Below, piece after piece: positions 11,101-22,200 of a stretch of 64,000 bases of DNA. The translations under genes were made by a program, and so were the position numbers. The notes under the pieces were generated by a model. It did not search any database. It was not told the DNA's origin and saw only the letters and a list, made by a program, of their open reading frames with translations. The stretch lies in the IMG/VR virus record IMGVR_UViG_3300030109_006161, positions 1 to 64,000 of that record; one strand, 5' to 3'. Positions within the stretch are counted from its first letter, which is position 1; the number at the start of each line of letters is the position of its first letter. The DNA is from a virus.

Positions 11101-11557
11101 CAAGTTTATTCATAGGACAATCATAAAGCAAAACATCTTGAGGAATTTTTCTCCCTGTACCAATAGGAGTTGTTTTTTCTTTAAAAATCATAGAAACTTG
11201 TTCTAAATTAGAAGCGAACGGACTAAAGACAGAATCGTTAGAGAGCAGACTATTATCGCCTAAAACTTTTTTTAGGTATTTATTGAACTTGTATGTAGTG
11301 CATTGAGTTGAGTAATAGTCATCGCTATTATATTCGTTATATCTTTGAGACACATAATCCATATTTTTAGCACTGGACTCTGAAAAAGTAAAAGCTAATC
11401 TCATCCTAAGTCCTGACAACTGTTCGTTCAGGTTTGTACCAGCAGAATAACTTACTCCTACATTAGATGAGATCTGTATAGAACTACTGCCACTCGGGGA
11501 CATCGAAGGTTGCAGTGAAATATCATTTATTTTTACTTCATGAGCTAAAATTAACAT
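8108..11557 (-). CDS. large hypothetical protein (structural block)
   Basis: 1149-aa uninterrupted ORF with no recognisable motif. Confidence 0.5.
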   Translation of the reverse strand: MLILAHEVKINDISLQPSMSPSGSSSIQISSNVGVSYSAGTNLNEQLSGLRMRLAFTFSESSAKNMDYVSQRYNEYNSDDYYSTQCTTYKFNKYLKKVLGDNSLLSNDSVFSPFASNLEQVSMIFKEKTTPIGTGRKIPQDVLLYDCPMNKLVMRKSDGSIEVTKQNTNSLEVMLKDISINFANQGVDFSNLSVYAFVYNPSLANTDTQLDFVINTGVSRIESLCLRGTKNLFLPISNENVFVSMLGSTSNNDTDSNKLKLFEPVSVLSLDSLTSESFIGTKNRLLNSLGTRKNDLRKVISSSNYVSELWITRDNQNNNRLLFAIDLASYLSENSSHPFLYDKEELSEAMISGLSPLAPKELSSIKDITVYRRFCSPTAVGSSNSLGTTSKNVPIKPSEAFPRVPLKMAKPVDFSTSDTESKRIQYFEAIDIINPESQPNRQINGLFRYEIEYSVYDSSCKFLRNVSNRFTKIKSDIDKSYQDLTRGRFRDSSGALVSLSNTGVLLSSLEDIVTVNPDGTQGPTLYNYIIDLVQEYDRLINNFNTSDEKINLAEIYATAMEKNFGKINISLLSGLQQMVQVGIDFITKKLLKTYPNDPYGYQPDLSKRSPRMGTLPAYRTPFSVATHIFNNTVEIGKDYNFGLDYVGANIDEEGLPSISIESYENRMNDEFKKYFQTGQGSTVPIPPGSYLNSSYSYFTPFAIYSPNRETIFQPSYGDSNGLSVNYDLDRYALLLEDIVEIKTKTKDKGIFYPDLSLKLKKQTKSNRLFSGASKLLLDKYGVTISDSITESFEPPRVITGDQDTTVTDGDDECNNKRGLPLIPTILGGLNSLEAQSYISLVNLAIKNKDQLQLAASVLDLDTRKQLSSKPIKLAFSLLSEMEINGKVSDVSKINTSYNSFTDLRKVLGINQSNIKEKIEESPISEMPNQIKSMLAISSTPDVLPLGDFESGLSFDVCRPRLGDPIMSDDSKDLVSFYSDDEDIPPYQQALDPMKSYVNFLAFWMNYKQLCVVEYLDGFDDLEVNDETYADMQTPYTSSKKLGLPRWRQLSSDAISLLQKSDLRGQLLCRVRQLQSSDYVDMLSSQLNREQIQQVARIFNLDETFRMPLYNQYFYLGGGTTNNTEFEFEPEIDNMNVNETVTSSLFTTGY

Positions 11558-11564
11558 GCTTTAT

Positions 11565-12494
11565 TTACCTTCCCTCATCGCCGAAATCAGAATCCCCATC
11601 ATCAATCTGGCACACATCAACTGGTGCATCTTGTCTGGCAGAATCATACATTGTTGAATTAGGAGAAAGATCTCTCCCAATAATTTCTCCGTCAGTAGAA
11701 ATATTCAAATAAAATTCTGAATATGTTTTATCTATCAAAGGAAATCCTTTAGTTATTTGTTCATCATTACCAAAAATATTTTGAGCTAACAATAATGGAT
11801 CATCAACCTGATTCATTAATATACTTGTTTTACTTGTTTCTTGTTTAATAAACGGCAGCGGGATCTGACGATTACCGCTATTTGCTGAGGATGATATGAA
11901 TACTTGTATATCAAAATTACCAGACCCTTTAAATATTGTATTCATTTCTTGCACGTCAAGAGTAATACTGTCAGAAGCTACTAAACTGTACGTTTTGCTA
12001 TTACTGTCGGGTATGTCATAGCTTATATAATTTATCTCCAAAGTAGCACTCATAACTGGTATTGAGTTATTTGCCGTATACACAACCCCTCTTTCCAGTG
12101 CTCTGTTTGAAGAAGGTGTAATTCTTACGTCCCAAGCTGGGATATTCTCGACCCATGGACTTCCTTTTCCAAGAAATCTATAAAATGATGCATTCCAAAT
12201 GTTATCCTCAGAATAAACTGCTTCACTTGTAGACTCTGGTCCTAAAGAAATAACTGGAGCAAGACTACTAGTAAATCTAGCTAAGGGATGGTGCCTAGGT
12301 GTTGAGTTTTTGATTCGATCAACAATTTGATTTTGAGTTTCTGATATATTAGCGTAAGTGCCGTCATAAAGTATTGCGTCATCATAAAAAGCGTAATGCC
12401 TAGGACTAAGAGAACCACTAGCAAACTGCTCCCTACCATAGGGCGTAAGCTCTATAGAAATAACTTCTTCTTTTTGATCAAAGAACTTTACCAT
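11565..12494 (-). CDS. putative baseplate protein
   Basis: Likely start is ATG 12494 (MVKFFDQ). IELTPYGREQFASG...AFYDDAILYD parallels the N-terminus of 3682-4701. Confidence 0.5.
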   Translation of the reverse strand: MVKFFDQKEEVISIELTPYGREQFASGSLSPRHYAFYDDAILYDGTYANISETQNQIVDRIKNSTPRHHPLARFTSSLAPVISLGPESTSEAVYSEDNIWNASFYRFLGKGSPWVENIPAWDVRITPSSNRALERGVVYTANNSIPVMSATLEINYISYDIPDSNSKTYSLVASDSITLDVQEMNTIFKGSGNFDIQVFISSSANSGNRQIPLPFIKQETSKTSILMNQVDDPLLLAQNIFGNDEQITKGFPLIDKTYSEFYLNISTDGEIIGRDLSPNSTMYDSARQDAPVDVCQIDDGDSDFGDEGR

Positions 12495-12519
12495 ATCTTT
12501 AAGTATCTCCAAAGAACAT

Positions 12520-15500
12520 TTATTCTTTGTCCGGTTTCATAACATTTCTGGCTATATTTTCAATAGAGGTTTTGATTAACTGTTCGTCAGAGCCACCAGT
12601 CTCTAGTGCTTCTTTATATTCTTTTTCTAAATCTGGTCGGAAGCCAACTTTGCCATCAATCTTAGCTAATTCAATCAAAGAACAGTAATCATAAGGCCAA
12701 TTGAAAGTAGGACTATCCAAAGAATGCTTCTTGATGTAGGTATTCTTAGCAAACTCATCTCTTTCTGCTAAGTTTTTCTCAACTTCTTGCTCTGGTAATC
12801 CCTGAAGAAGCATAAGCTCTTTAGCATTATCATACCCCAAAGCAGCAGGACCATCAATTTCTTCAGCTATAAACTGAGTATAATTAGCTACTCCCCTTTC
12901 TTTGACTCTGAAAACTAGCCATCTTATTTCTGGGACAAACCCGTCAGAACATTTCTTTGCTATATCTAACAAATCATATCTTGGATGCCCATCTTGAGTG
13001 ACTCCTAGCTTTATTTGCTGCTTCAGCACCTCAGGAAACTTAGTGGTAGAAGACCCTACATTATCTCCAGGCATATAGTGGTCGATTGCTGAGAAACTTT
13101 TTGTAAGCCTGTTTGCTATGTCCGGCATTATGTTTTGCCATATATCTGCAAGATCTTGTTTAGATAAAGATACTTTATGCTCCATCAAATAAACCACAGG
13201 AGATTGTAATATATCACTTCCCTTGAGTACTTCATCATACTCATCTGGTCCAAATGGGTTTATCACATTTGGAATTGTCGGGTACCCCTTAGGAACTAAA
13301 CCTAAAAGCTTATAAGCCAAAGACGGTGGTAAAGAATATTTAGTAAAATTCTTTCTAAATTCTTTTATTTTTGGACCCAATTTGCTTGCAGGTGCTTGCA
13401 AGTTTACAAGATTAGGCGCACCGTTGTCATCTAAGTAAAAAGGCAAAGCTAAAATAGCTTCAGAAATAGAATTTTCATTATCGTCAGCTAGTTCCCCCAA
13501 CCTTTTTGCTTTGGCTGGTTCAAACCCTTGGCGAATAATTTCATCCGGGTCAAAGCCGCAAAGATCAGCTAATGATGAAATAGACCTACCAGAGTCTATA
13601 ACAAACTTTGGAACCTTTCTAACATGGTGATACGAACCTGAGAAGTCTGTGAAGGGAACTGGCTTGGTAAATGTCGAAACATAAGATACGGCGATCCTGT
13701 CATATTCCTCATTCTTCCCAGTTGGTATATCCTTTATATACATATAAACACCATCATCAGAAGAAGGCGTAACACCGTACTGGTGCCACATTCCTTGAGT
13801 TCTCTGAGTATAAGAGCCGGGTTCGACAGAAGAAGAGAAATTATAAATATCAGAAGCTGTCCTGTTGGGAAAATCTAAAATAGGACACTCCCACTTAGGC
13901 ATAATAGTCCACTTGTTTGGATCTGTTGATTTATATATCTCACCATCTCCTGTCGGGAATTCATTGTTTATAAACAGAGAGGCATCGACGTCCATTCGAT
14001 TCAACCAAGCTCTATTCCATCCATACCCAGGCGTTGTAGTTGATGCTCTGCTGTTTCCATCAGCATCAACAAATGACCCAGAGGCTATATCGTAATAACT
14101 GCCACTTTCATTTATAAAATCAACAAATACTTCACCTCGATCATTATTGATAATTTCATCCAAGGTATACTCTTTTTTATCTCCAGTCGGTAAAAACGTA
14201 ATACGTGCCAAAGATGGACCATAATAATATGGCGCAGTAAATGGAGCAAACTCGCCTCGGTGTTTAGGCCAGGGTGGGTTATCCGGAACAAAACTACCGC
14301 TAGCTTTAAGTGTGTCCCAAGTATTTATCTCACCATGCGTAAAAGTAGATGGTCCAAAAGCGTGAGGATTACTGTACATATTAAACTGATCTGTTTTCAT
14401 TAGACCAATTTCCATCATGTATGCATTTTTTGGATTAATAGCTACTTTTCTTTCTGGCGATGTAGATGCTTGCGAACCCTTGGGTACGGCACCAAATTGA
14501 GACACAAATTTAGTAAGACTTCCTTCATGTCCGTATTTATTGAATTTCTTTTTCAAAAAGAATTTGGGAACATTTGCTAAGAAATTTGACATTGACTTTT
14601 TATAGAGAGATGTATCCGTCAATGCTGATGGCTCTATTGAAGCGCTTGCAATAACATACTGAAAGTAATCCGTTGAATCAGCAGAAATAATCTCAGAATT
14701 AGATCCAGTTGATAAATAATTTTCAGGTGCCAATATTGATTCAAAAGGCAAACGATCACTATAAAACAAAGCTCGGTTGACAAAACCTCCAACGCTTGAA
14801 GTGTTGAAATTTATATTCTGAAGTCTTCTGGTATTACTAGGAAGTAATCCATTTCCAAAAGAGGTGTCTAGAGTATACAAAGCAGGATAAGGCAATGCTC
14901 GTAAGCCGCCATTGTAAAGTGCAGTTCCCAGTTTTGAATCTTGCTTGTTAGTGAATACATTATAGATACTAGGAAGTACAGTAGACCAAGAGTCAGGGTA
15001 ATCTCTGTCAGCACGACGAATCGGATAATCAACTGCAATACCTGACTTTATTGAATTGTATAAAATACCAGGAGAGAAGAAGGGACGTAAAACAGTTCTT
15101 AAAGCTCGACGGTTTCCGGCATCGGCTCCCGTAAAAATAAAACTATTAGAGTATGATTGAGAAAAATGTGTTGCTATTTGTAAAGTTCTGTTTACAGGAT
15201 AAAAACCCTCATAAGGCAAAAGTTTAATTATAGCATCACTACTGATTTCAAAATGTCTCGGGTACTTGTTAAAAACGTAATTTCTATCTGTCTCATCAAG
15301 GGACATAAAATTATCTAAGAAATCAAAATTATCGGTTGTCGCATAACGATCGTAAAACTCTTCGTTAGTGCTATCAAAAACATTTACACTTGCACCAGTC
15401 AATTCCAGAGAAGAGGAAACAACAGACAAAAATGAGGCATTACTACTGTATTCACTAATGTGTTCGCTTACTCTAAATTCTGGCACAATCGTATAATCTT

Positions 15501-18500
15501 TACCTAAAAGTCTTATATCTTCTGCATATTTTTCATAAGAATTATAAAAAGGTGCTGAAGCTCCTCTAAGTTGTCCTTTCAGTGGACCGTCAACGTATCT
15601 TCTCTCTGCGCCCGCAGACCAAGTTGGAAGTGTATATACATTACCGGGTGATCGGGGTTCTGGTTGGTATTGGTTTGGTGAACTACCCAAAGTTCCTGTC
15701 ATCGTCGCAGTAGTATGAACGTATTGAGCGGATACAGTTTCTGTTCTTGTCGTTCCAATCTGACCGTAACTACTTGTAAGTCCATTGTACTTTTCGATAC
15801 CACTAGCAAAATTAGTATTTGCATCCTGAACGGCATGAAAGTAAGGAACCATCAATTCGCCTGCCGGTAACGTTGATTGATCTGCTAAAAGCACAGGTGT
15901 GTTAAAAGTACCAGTAAGCTGAGTTACATATATGTCTGTTTGTTCTGCCGTAAGATAAGGGTCAAGAGGCCAGATTGATCCTCTGCCAGGTCCAACACCT
16001 ATGGGATATGAAGGATCATATAGACTATATGGGTTTTGTTCTGATGCTTTATATCCATAACCCTGAGAATTTGTAAGCGATGTTCTTATTCTATACCAAT
16101 TGGCTGTTAGTTCTTCTAAAAGAATTGAATTATCAGCTAAAAGATCTAATCTGAAACTAGAAAAGTTTGTATAAACGAATTGGGTTGAAAAAGATTTATT
16201 GTCTCTCCAAAAATTATTATCAAAAGATAGACGAGATCGGCTTCCTGATAAGAAGGTGTACTTACCTTTAGGATAAATTGTCTCTTCATAGATAAACTCT
16301 TTTATCGTATCTATTCCATTTAGCTCACGAGATACATCATCAGAAGCTTGTTCTCTCAGTATTTCGTATGGTCGCCTTACTTTACCAAGAGCGTAGTTAA
16401 TATTACCATCTAACTCCTCATTGAGTTCTCTGTTAACAAAACCATTTAAGGATGTGCCATAAGAATATTTTATATCGAGATCTACTTTTGTTTCCTTACC
16501 CGTATCGTCCGATATCATAGGTGTTCTAATTTTATGTTTTAGAGCCTTATATTTTGTAGTTACATAGGGTTCATAAAATCTCTTAGAGTAAAAGTAAGTC
16601 TGACTATTACCTGCTCGATCAGTAGTGGTACGTTCAAAAGTAGATGGTGAAAATCTACTATTCATGTCGATTACTCTAGGATCTAATTCTATTAAGTTAC
16701 CCAGATCTCTCCTGTAAGCTCGACCAGCACGAGTCTCAGAGGCTCGAAGCTGAGTCCAAGGAGCAGAATAAGGCATATCAGACCAAATGTATCTTAAGTT
16801 TTGTCCTGAACCGGAGTATCCTGCTGTGTCAATGTATGTTCCTATGGAATCCGCACCGCCGGCAAAAAACTTAGTACCAGTGGCACCAGCAGCAAGAGAA
16901 AGCTGTATGACTGATCCAGTTACAACTGTGTTTCCTGCTGCACCGCCAACTGATTGTGTTAGGCTAGTGAAATTAGTCTCACCAAGATAGAGAAACGAAT
17001 TAACACCTATACTCAAATCTCCATTGGAAAAAGCTTCAATAACACCTAGTCTCAAACTTTCTGCATATTGATGAGAGGCACTGTACGCTGAAGATCCTCC
17101 TTGGATACCTAGGTCATACTCTGTGTCAGAAGCTTTGAAGACGCCGCCTGCATTTTTAACAGTAGTGTATGTGAAAGTTACAGACCTAGCGGCTGCGTCG
17201 GTGAGTATAACAGTCTCAAGGTGGTAATCAGCCGGACTACTACCCGCAAACTCAAGAAGGTAGTTTGCATTAGTGGCTGCTGTTGGTGTTGGGAGAAATG
17301 GGCTCGGCACAGTCATAACAGATGGGTACTCTGACCCTGATAATACATAATCACTATAGGTTCTTGTGTCGGAACCAGACAATGAAAAGAACCACTGCGT
17401 GCTATTACCGGCTGGTATGGGTCTCATAAAAAAGTATGTATCGTGCAAAGTTCCCGTAATATGAGTTAGCTGAGGAGATGTTTCGTAAATCTCTACACGT
17501 TGAGTAGAGTTTCTTTGAGTTTTTATAGGTGCAGCAACCGTAGTACTAGTACCAAGATAACCACCTTGACCCGTAAACGTACTCAATTCTTTCAAGTATG
17601 GTTTTCTTACTGGGATATTTCTGAACGGAAGTGCATTGTTCGGAGAAAACTGATCTGATCGAACATCTCTAAAAAGTTGATTTGAATCAACCTTTGACCC
17701 AGGGGCTGAAAACCTGCCCGTAAAGATTGTTTTGTTTGTGCGTCGAGTAGCAATCTGACGAGGGGCTGGGTAATCTGCGGAACCTGTCCTGCCAAGAGCA
17801 CGCATAGCTATAGTATTTACAAAAGCAGTCGGAGCATTATACGCATAATTTGCACTATTAAAAGCAAAGTCCATATTGGTTGCTGCTCTATTACTTGTTT
17901 GAACTACTTCATAATCTTTTATGTAATTCCCGATAATTCTTACACTGTTGGATGTAAGAAGAGTTTTAATGTTTGCAATATTTATTGGTGCTTTCGGTCC
18001 CATGCCACGAAGGTAATGACCTCTTGGGGCATCGCCGGTTTCAATAGTGCTAATTGTTCCTATCGGCTCAGTGCCACCAGCAAAAGCAGCGGTAGATGCC
18101 AGGCTATCTAAAAGATCTCCCGTGAAGGCAGTCCCATTTACTGACGATCCTGGTATTTTTGAAGTAATAAAAATCACCGCACCAGAAGAGAAATCTGCAA
18201 TTGCTATACGAAGACCCTGAATGTTTGCTGCTTCGTTTAGGGTTTGCTTAAGAGAGGTTGCTACATCTGTAATACTTGTAGCATCGTTAGTGCCCGTAGT
18301 ACTCTCATTACTCTCTTCCATGTCTGCGGTGGAATCAAAAACAGTTAGGAAAGTAACACCACCCAAAGTTAGAGTTAGTTCCAAACCATCATAATCATCT
18401 TTGTTGAACCCTCCGCCGCCTGCGGCGATCGTTATTGTGGATATAGCATAACCACCGTTTATTGACATAGAAAATTGTTCTTTTCTGTCAGATGTCATTA

Positions 18501-19173
18501 GCGGTGGGTTATGACGAGCCTGTATGCCACCAACATGTGTTTCAGTAAAGGGACCTTGGGCGGGGGTCACCTTTCCTCGGTTTAGGATTGAGTCTCCGTG
18601 AAAATTAGTAAAGTCTAAATTAGATAAACCTCGATCATCTAAAAACTTTCTATACCCAGACACCACAGTGCTTTTGAAAACACTAAACGGAGTAAATAAT
18701 TCTCCGCTATAATTTTCTCCACCTTTGGTTGCCTGAAAAGATATTCTTTTCTTGGTGTTCGGATATACTGAGGATGTTATATTTATTTCAGCCTCAAAAT
18801 TTCTGAATGTGAAATCTCTAGATCTAGGATTTTTATTCAGCATTTGATTACTGCCACCGTGATAAGTGTCACCAAACTCAGCAGAATGATGCATATTTCT
18901 ACGATGATCTAATTCTCGCAAAGCCTCTCTTTTAACCGACTGTCTGGTGTATAACATATCCCCTGAGCCTGAAAGTATAACACCATAGCGCTCTGCTCGG
19001 TTTTGCCACCAGGCACCGTTTTCGGTTTCTAGTCCTGATATCGGTGCGTGGTTATATTTCCAAGTTGTGGGAGTTTCTAATACAGACCTTATATTACTCC
19101 TTTGATTGGAGCCTCCAATTATTCTTTTATTGGGAGCAGGGGGTGCTGTATTTATTATTGTTTTGTTTGCCAT
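12520..19173 (-). CDS. giant virion structural protein (baseplate/tail associated)
   Basis: 2217-aa ORF, S/T/G-rich, with two Ala/Gly-rich modules ending in FAGG. Confidence 0.55.
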   Translation of the reverse strand: MANKTIINTAPPAPNKRIIGGSNQRSNIRSVLETPTTWKYNHAPISGLETENGAWWQNRAERYGVILSGSGDMLYTRQSVKREALRELDHRRNMHHSAEFGDTYHGGSNQMLNKNPRSRDFTFRNFEAEINITSSVYPNTKKRISFQATKGGENYSGELFTPFSVFKSTVVSGYRKFLDDRGLSNLDFTNFHGDSILNRGKVTPAQGPFTETHVGGIQARHNPPLMTSDRKEQFSMSINGGYAISTITIAAGGGGFNKDDYDGLELTLTLGGVTFLTVFDSTADMEESNESTTGTNDATSITDVATSLKQTLNEAANIQGLRIAIADFSSGAVIFITSKIPGSSVNGTAFTGDLLDSLASTAAFAGGTEPIGTISTIETGDAPRGHYLRGMGPKAPINIANIKTLLTSNSVRIIGNYIKDYEVVQTSNRAATNMDFAFNSANYAYNAPTAFVNTIAMRALGRTGSADYPAPRQIATRRTNKTIFTGRFSAPGSKVDSNQLFRDVRSDQFSPNNALPFRNIPVRKPYLKELSTFTGQGGYLGTSTTVAAPIKTQRNSTQRVEIYETSPQLTHITGTLHDTYFFMRPIPAGNSTQWFFSLSGSDTRTYSDYVLSGSEYPSVMTVPSPFLPTPTAATNANYLLEFAGSSPADYHLETVILTDAAARSVTFTYTTVKNAGGVFKASDTEYDLGIQGGSSAYSASHQYAESLRLGVIEAFSNGDLSIGVNSFLYLGETNFTSLTQSVGGAAGNTVVTGSVIQLSLAAGATGTKFFAGGADSIGTYIDTAGYSGSGQNLRYIWSDMPYSAPWTQLRASETRAGRAYRRDLGNLIELDPRVIDMNSRFSPSTFERTTTDRAGNSQTYFYSKRFYEPYVTTKYKALKHKIRTPMISDDTGKETKVDLDIKYSYGTSLNGFVNRELNEELDGNINYALGKVRRPYEILREQASDDVSRELNGIDTIKEFIYEETIYPKGKYTFLSGSRSRLSFDNNFWRDNKSFSTQFVYTNFSSFRLDLLADNSILLEELTANWYRIRTSLTNSQGYGYKASEQNPYSLYDPSYPIGVGPGRGSIWPLDPYLTAEQTDIYVTQLTGTFNTPVLLADQSTLPAGELMVPYFHAVQDANTNFASGIEKYNGLTSSYGQIGTTRTETVSAQYVHTTATMTGTLGSSPNQYQPEPRSPGNVYTLPTWSAGAERRYVDGPLKGQLRGASAPFYNSYEKYAEDIRLLGKDYTIVPEFRVSEHISEYSSNASFLSVVSSSLELTGASVNVFDSTNEEFYDRYATTDNFDFLDNFMSLDETDRNYVFNKYPRHFEISSDAIIKLLPYEGFYPVNRTLQIATHFSQSYSNSFIFTGADAGNRRALRTVLRPFFSPGILYNSIKSGIAVDYPIRRADRDYPDSWSTVLPSIYNVFTNKQDSKLGTALYNGGLRALPYPALYTLDTSFGNGLLPSNTRRLQNINFNTSSVGGFVNRALFYSDRLPFESILAPENYLSTGSNSEIISADSTDYFQYVIASASIEPSALTDTSLYKKSMSNFLANVPKFFLKKKFNKYGHEGSLTKFVSQFGAVPKGSQASTSPERKVAINPKNAYMMEIGLMKTDQFNMYSNPHAFGPSTFTHGEINTWDTLKASGSFVPDNPPWPKHRGEFAPFTAPYYYGPSLARITFLPTGDKKEYTLDEIINNDRGEVFVDFINESGSYYDIASGSFVDADGNSRASTTTPGYGWNRAWLNRMDVDASLFINNEFPTGDGEIYKSTDPNKWTIMPKWECPILDFPNRTASDIYNFSSSVEPGSYTQRTQGMWHQYGVTPSSDDGVYMYIKDIPTGKNEEYDRIAVSYVSTFTKPVPFTDFSGSYHHVRKVPKFVIDSGRSISSLADLCGFDPDEIIRQGFEPAKAKRLGELADDNENSISEAILALPFYLDDNGAPNLVNLQAPASKLGPKIKEFRKNFTKYSLPPSLAYKLLGLVPKGYPTIPNVINPFGPDEYDEVLKGSDILQSPVVYLMEHKVSLSKQDLADIWQNIMPDIANRLTKSFSAIDHYMPGDNVGSSTTKFPEVLKQQIKLGVTQDGHPRYDLLDIAKKCSDGFVPEIRWLVFRVKERGVANYTQFIAEEIDGPAALGYDNAKELMLLQGLPEQEVEKNLAERDEFAKNTYIKKHSLDSPTFNWPYDYCSLIELAKIDGKVGFRPDLEKEYKEALETGGSDEQLIKTSIENIARNVMKPDKE

Positions 19174-19177
19174 TTAG

Positions 19178-19184
19178 TAACTAG
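19178..19184 (-). promoter_or_regulatory. candidate phage late promoter CTAGTTA
   Basis: 4 nt upstream of ATG 19173 with no SD. Confidence 0.5.
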
Positions 19185-19203
19185 TCTCTATAAAAATATC
19201 TTG

Positions 19204-22200
19204 TCAGCCGTATCCGCCACCAGGTGGTCTTGGTCCGCCCTGAGGTCCTAACCCTCCGCCAAGTCCAGGATTCGGCTGACCTTGGAGTTGTCCTTGAACT
19301 TGTGGTCCTGGTGCCTTCTGTGAACGGTCTTCATGTGGTGGCGGTGGCTCTTGCGGTTGTTCTGGTGGAACATCGTTACCGCCAATATCATTAATTTCGC
19401 TTGGCTGTCCATTGGGTCTCAAAGGTTGTTGCGGCGGAAACGAGACAGGGTGATTAGGATCGCCAGGTACACCCATTGGCTCGTAACCTCCGCCAAGATT
19501 AGATATAGGTCCCGCATTTCCAGCACCCCAGGGGTTGGCATACTTTATCAAAGGTGCTTTATGTTGTATTTTATTTCGCTCTAAAGTATGGCTTTCAATT
19601 ACATTCCTAACAAAAGGTGCATATCTAGCAGATACAGGGAATAACTGCTGGATCATATTGCCAATTGCTGAATCTAACCACTTGTAATAATCTAAATATT
19701 TTTGTAAGTCTGGTCGCTCGTTTTGCACTTTCCTGAAAAATATTTCTCTCAACTTTTGCATCTTTTTGTATTCTAATCGATACTTGTTGACAGGTTCACC
19801 GATCAAATTATTAAATTCATCAATAGATGCAAACAAATGCAGCATTCGATTTGATATACTGCGATACATACTTTTTTCTACAGCATAAAAGCTGCTAGCA
19901 GGCTTTTTATAGGTTCCAAAAACTTCATCATCATTATTCAGAATCTTAATCATTTCCGTAGAAGAAATATATTCAGGCGGAAGCAGCTTATCTGTATGAA
20001 TAAATTCTTTTCGGGCTGGTTCAGAATAAGCTCCAAAGAAATCACCCCTCGCTGAATGTTTTCTTAAGTTTATATTACTAAACACCGTTCCTTGATAACT
20101 TCCAATATATTCATCACTAAATGAACCAGAAGATGCATCAGTTACGAGAAACCTGCCAGAACCATCACTGCTGGTAATATTTGTAAACTCCCAGTTTAGA
20201 GCCAAAGTTTGAATCGAAGGAGTATAAGATGATATTGTACCTGTCTGAAACAAATACGGATTCCTCGAAGGGTTCAAAACACCATGGGTATCTGCTTCTT
20301 TTGCCTGAAGGTCTAGCACTGTAATAGGAAGGTAATCAGTCCAATATCTAACACTGGTTGCTCTCACATCAGTTTGATTAGCAACAGTTCCTGTAAAATT
20401 AGTTCTGTGTGCGCCAGCGTATATACGTTTTGCTTTTGATAATATACTAGATCCACTACTGTATGTCAAGGTTGTTGTAGAAGAAAAACTATGCTTCTTC
20501 ATACCTGTGTCGTAGTTCACACCATAAAGACCCAACTCATAATTGTTTGTTCCCACACTAGTACCAAATACACTATCTGCAAACGGGTACTTGGTTGGCT
20601 TGAGAGTTAGGGATAAATTCCACTTTTTATTTTCGTATACATTTCGATATATACTGGAAGTTAGCAGTGTGTCGCCGGCTCGATTCTTAACTACAAAGAA
20701 AGCATCCTTAACTCTATAACCTGGAGATGTTATTTCTGCAAAGTCTCCAGGGCTCCTAACTGCAAAAACTTGAAGTCCATAATCATCTATAGCATTAGCC
20801 CAAGTTAGATCGGTTGAAGTATTATCTAAAATATATGGACTATGAAATCCAAACAATGAGGAACTGACAACACGAGGTAATTCTGCACCAGTAGAAACAT
20901 AAGCTTCTTTATTTGGAAAGATAAACTCTCCCTGGAGTGTAAAGGCAAATTGATCTAAATCTAGAGAACTGCTTATTAAACCTGATGACGCTGCATCATT
21001 AGCATCATAATATTGATATACTGTAGCATCTGCATCTGTCGTGGAAAGTAGTGACGTAAAATCAATATATTTTTTTGTACTTACTGATGACAAGTAACTA
21101 CTGCTAATTTCATAGTCTGCGTTGTTGGCGTAATTATTTAGAGCTATAACATCTTCACCAACACCGATACATCTTATAAAGTTTCTAACAGCTTTTTCAT
21201 TTCCCTTAGATTTTAGAATGTAATTCAGGTTGTTGTAAATATTCTTGTAGATAGAGTTTTTGATATCCGGCAAGTGCTGATCAAAATTTATTTTCTCGTC
21301 TCTTTCAAGGAATTGTCCCAAAACACCTATGTTTTCAAAAAGTTCTGGGGCGTCAATACCCATATTTTCAACAAGTCTGTCATTGTAAGGGAACTCATCA
21401 ATAGAGTTTGTCAAGGTTCCACTAACATACTTGTTATACTTAAGTTCTCTAAGAGAAGTAACCTGATTATATATCGTATCGAAATAACTAGATAAAATCT
21501 GTGTTATGTTTACTATTTCGTTGCCGTTATTTTCTTCTGTTTCAATAACCCAATTAGGTAAATGATTTAATAATCTTGAATTATTATTGTTATCATAGTA
21601 ATTTCCAGAAAGTTCGTAAGATGCTTTTAGAGAAGTATAAGATGGATTTGTACTTCTAACTATTGGATCGCCTCGCTCTATCACAGACACTATATTTTGC
21701 TGATCTATTGCTGAGCCTGTGTTTCTAGAGTATGATGCATCATAGCCGACATATAAACCATTTGATAATCTGCCGGAATAATCTAAAACAATTTGATCTA
21801 CACTTGTTGTTTCGGTAAGTCCCTCATTGAATTTGTAATAAACACCCAAACTAACGTTGGCGTCATATTTGTCAGAACCTCCCTCAACGTTATGAAGCCA
21901 GTATCTTCCAATTTGTTCTGCTGTTCTATTAGTTTTCCAGAACCTAAACTCATCCAAAGATGCAGATAGTTTACCTGCCCCAAGATAAGTGGCCGGAAGA
22001 GAGCCTGTTGGGTTTTGGCGGAGAGCACCAATATTAGCTATCATAGTACCAGTGACCTGGCTAATCGCACCATTGGCTGCAATCCCAGTATCTATACACT
22101 TGCCATTGACATAGAAATCTAAAAGCGGTGTGGACTGGGAAGTATCAAACACAAAGCCAAAATTTCTCCATGTTCCATCTGAAATTGTTATGTTTCCTGA

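Noticed and set aside
19174-19206. Programmed read-through fusing the 1241-aa and 2217-aa ORFs
   Set aside because: Two different stops (TGA and TAA) would both have to be bypassed, and the downstream gene has its own candidate promoter and ATG.
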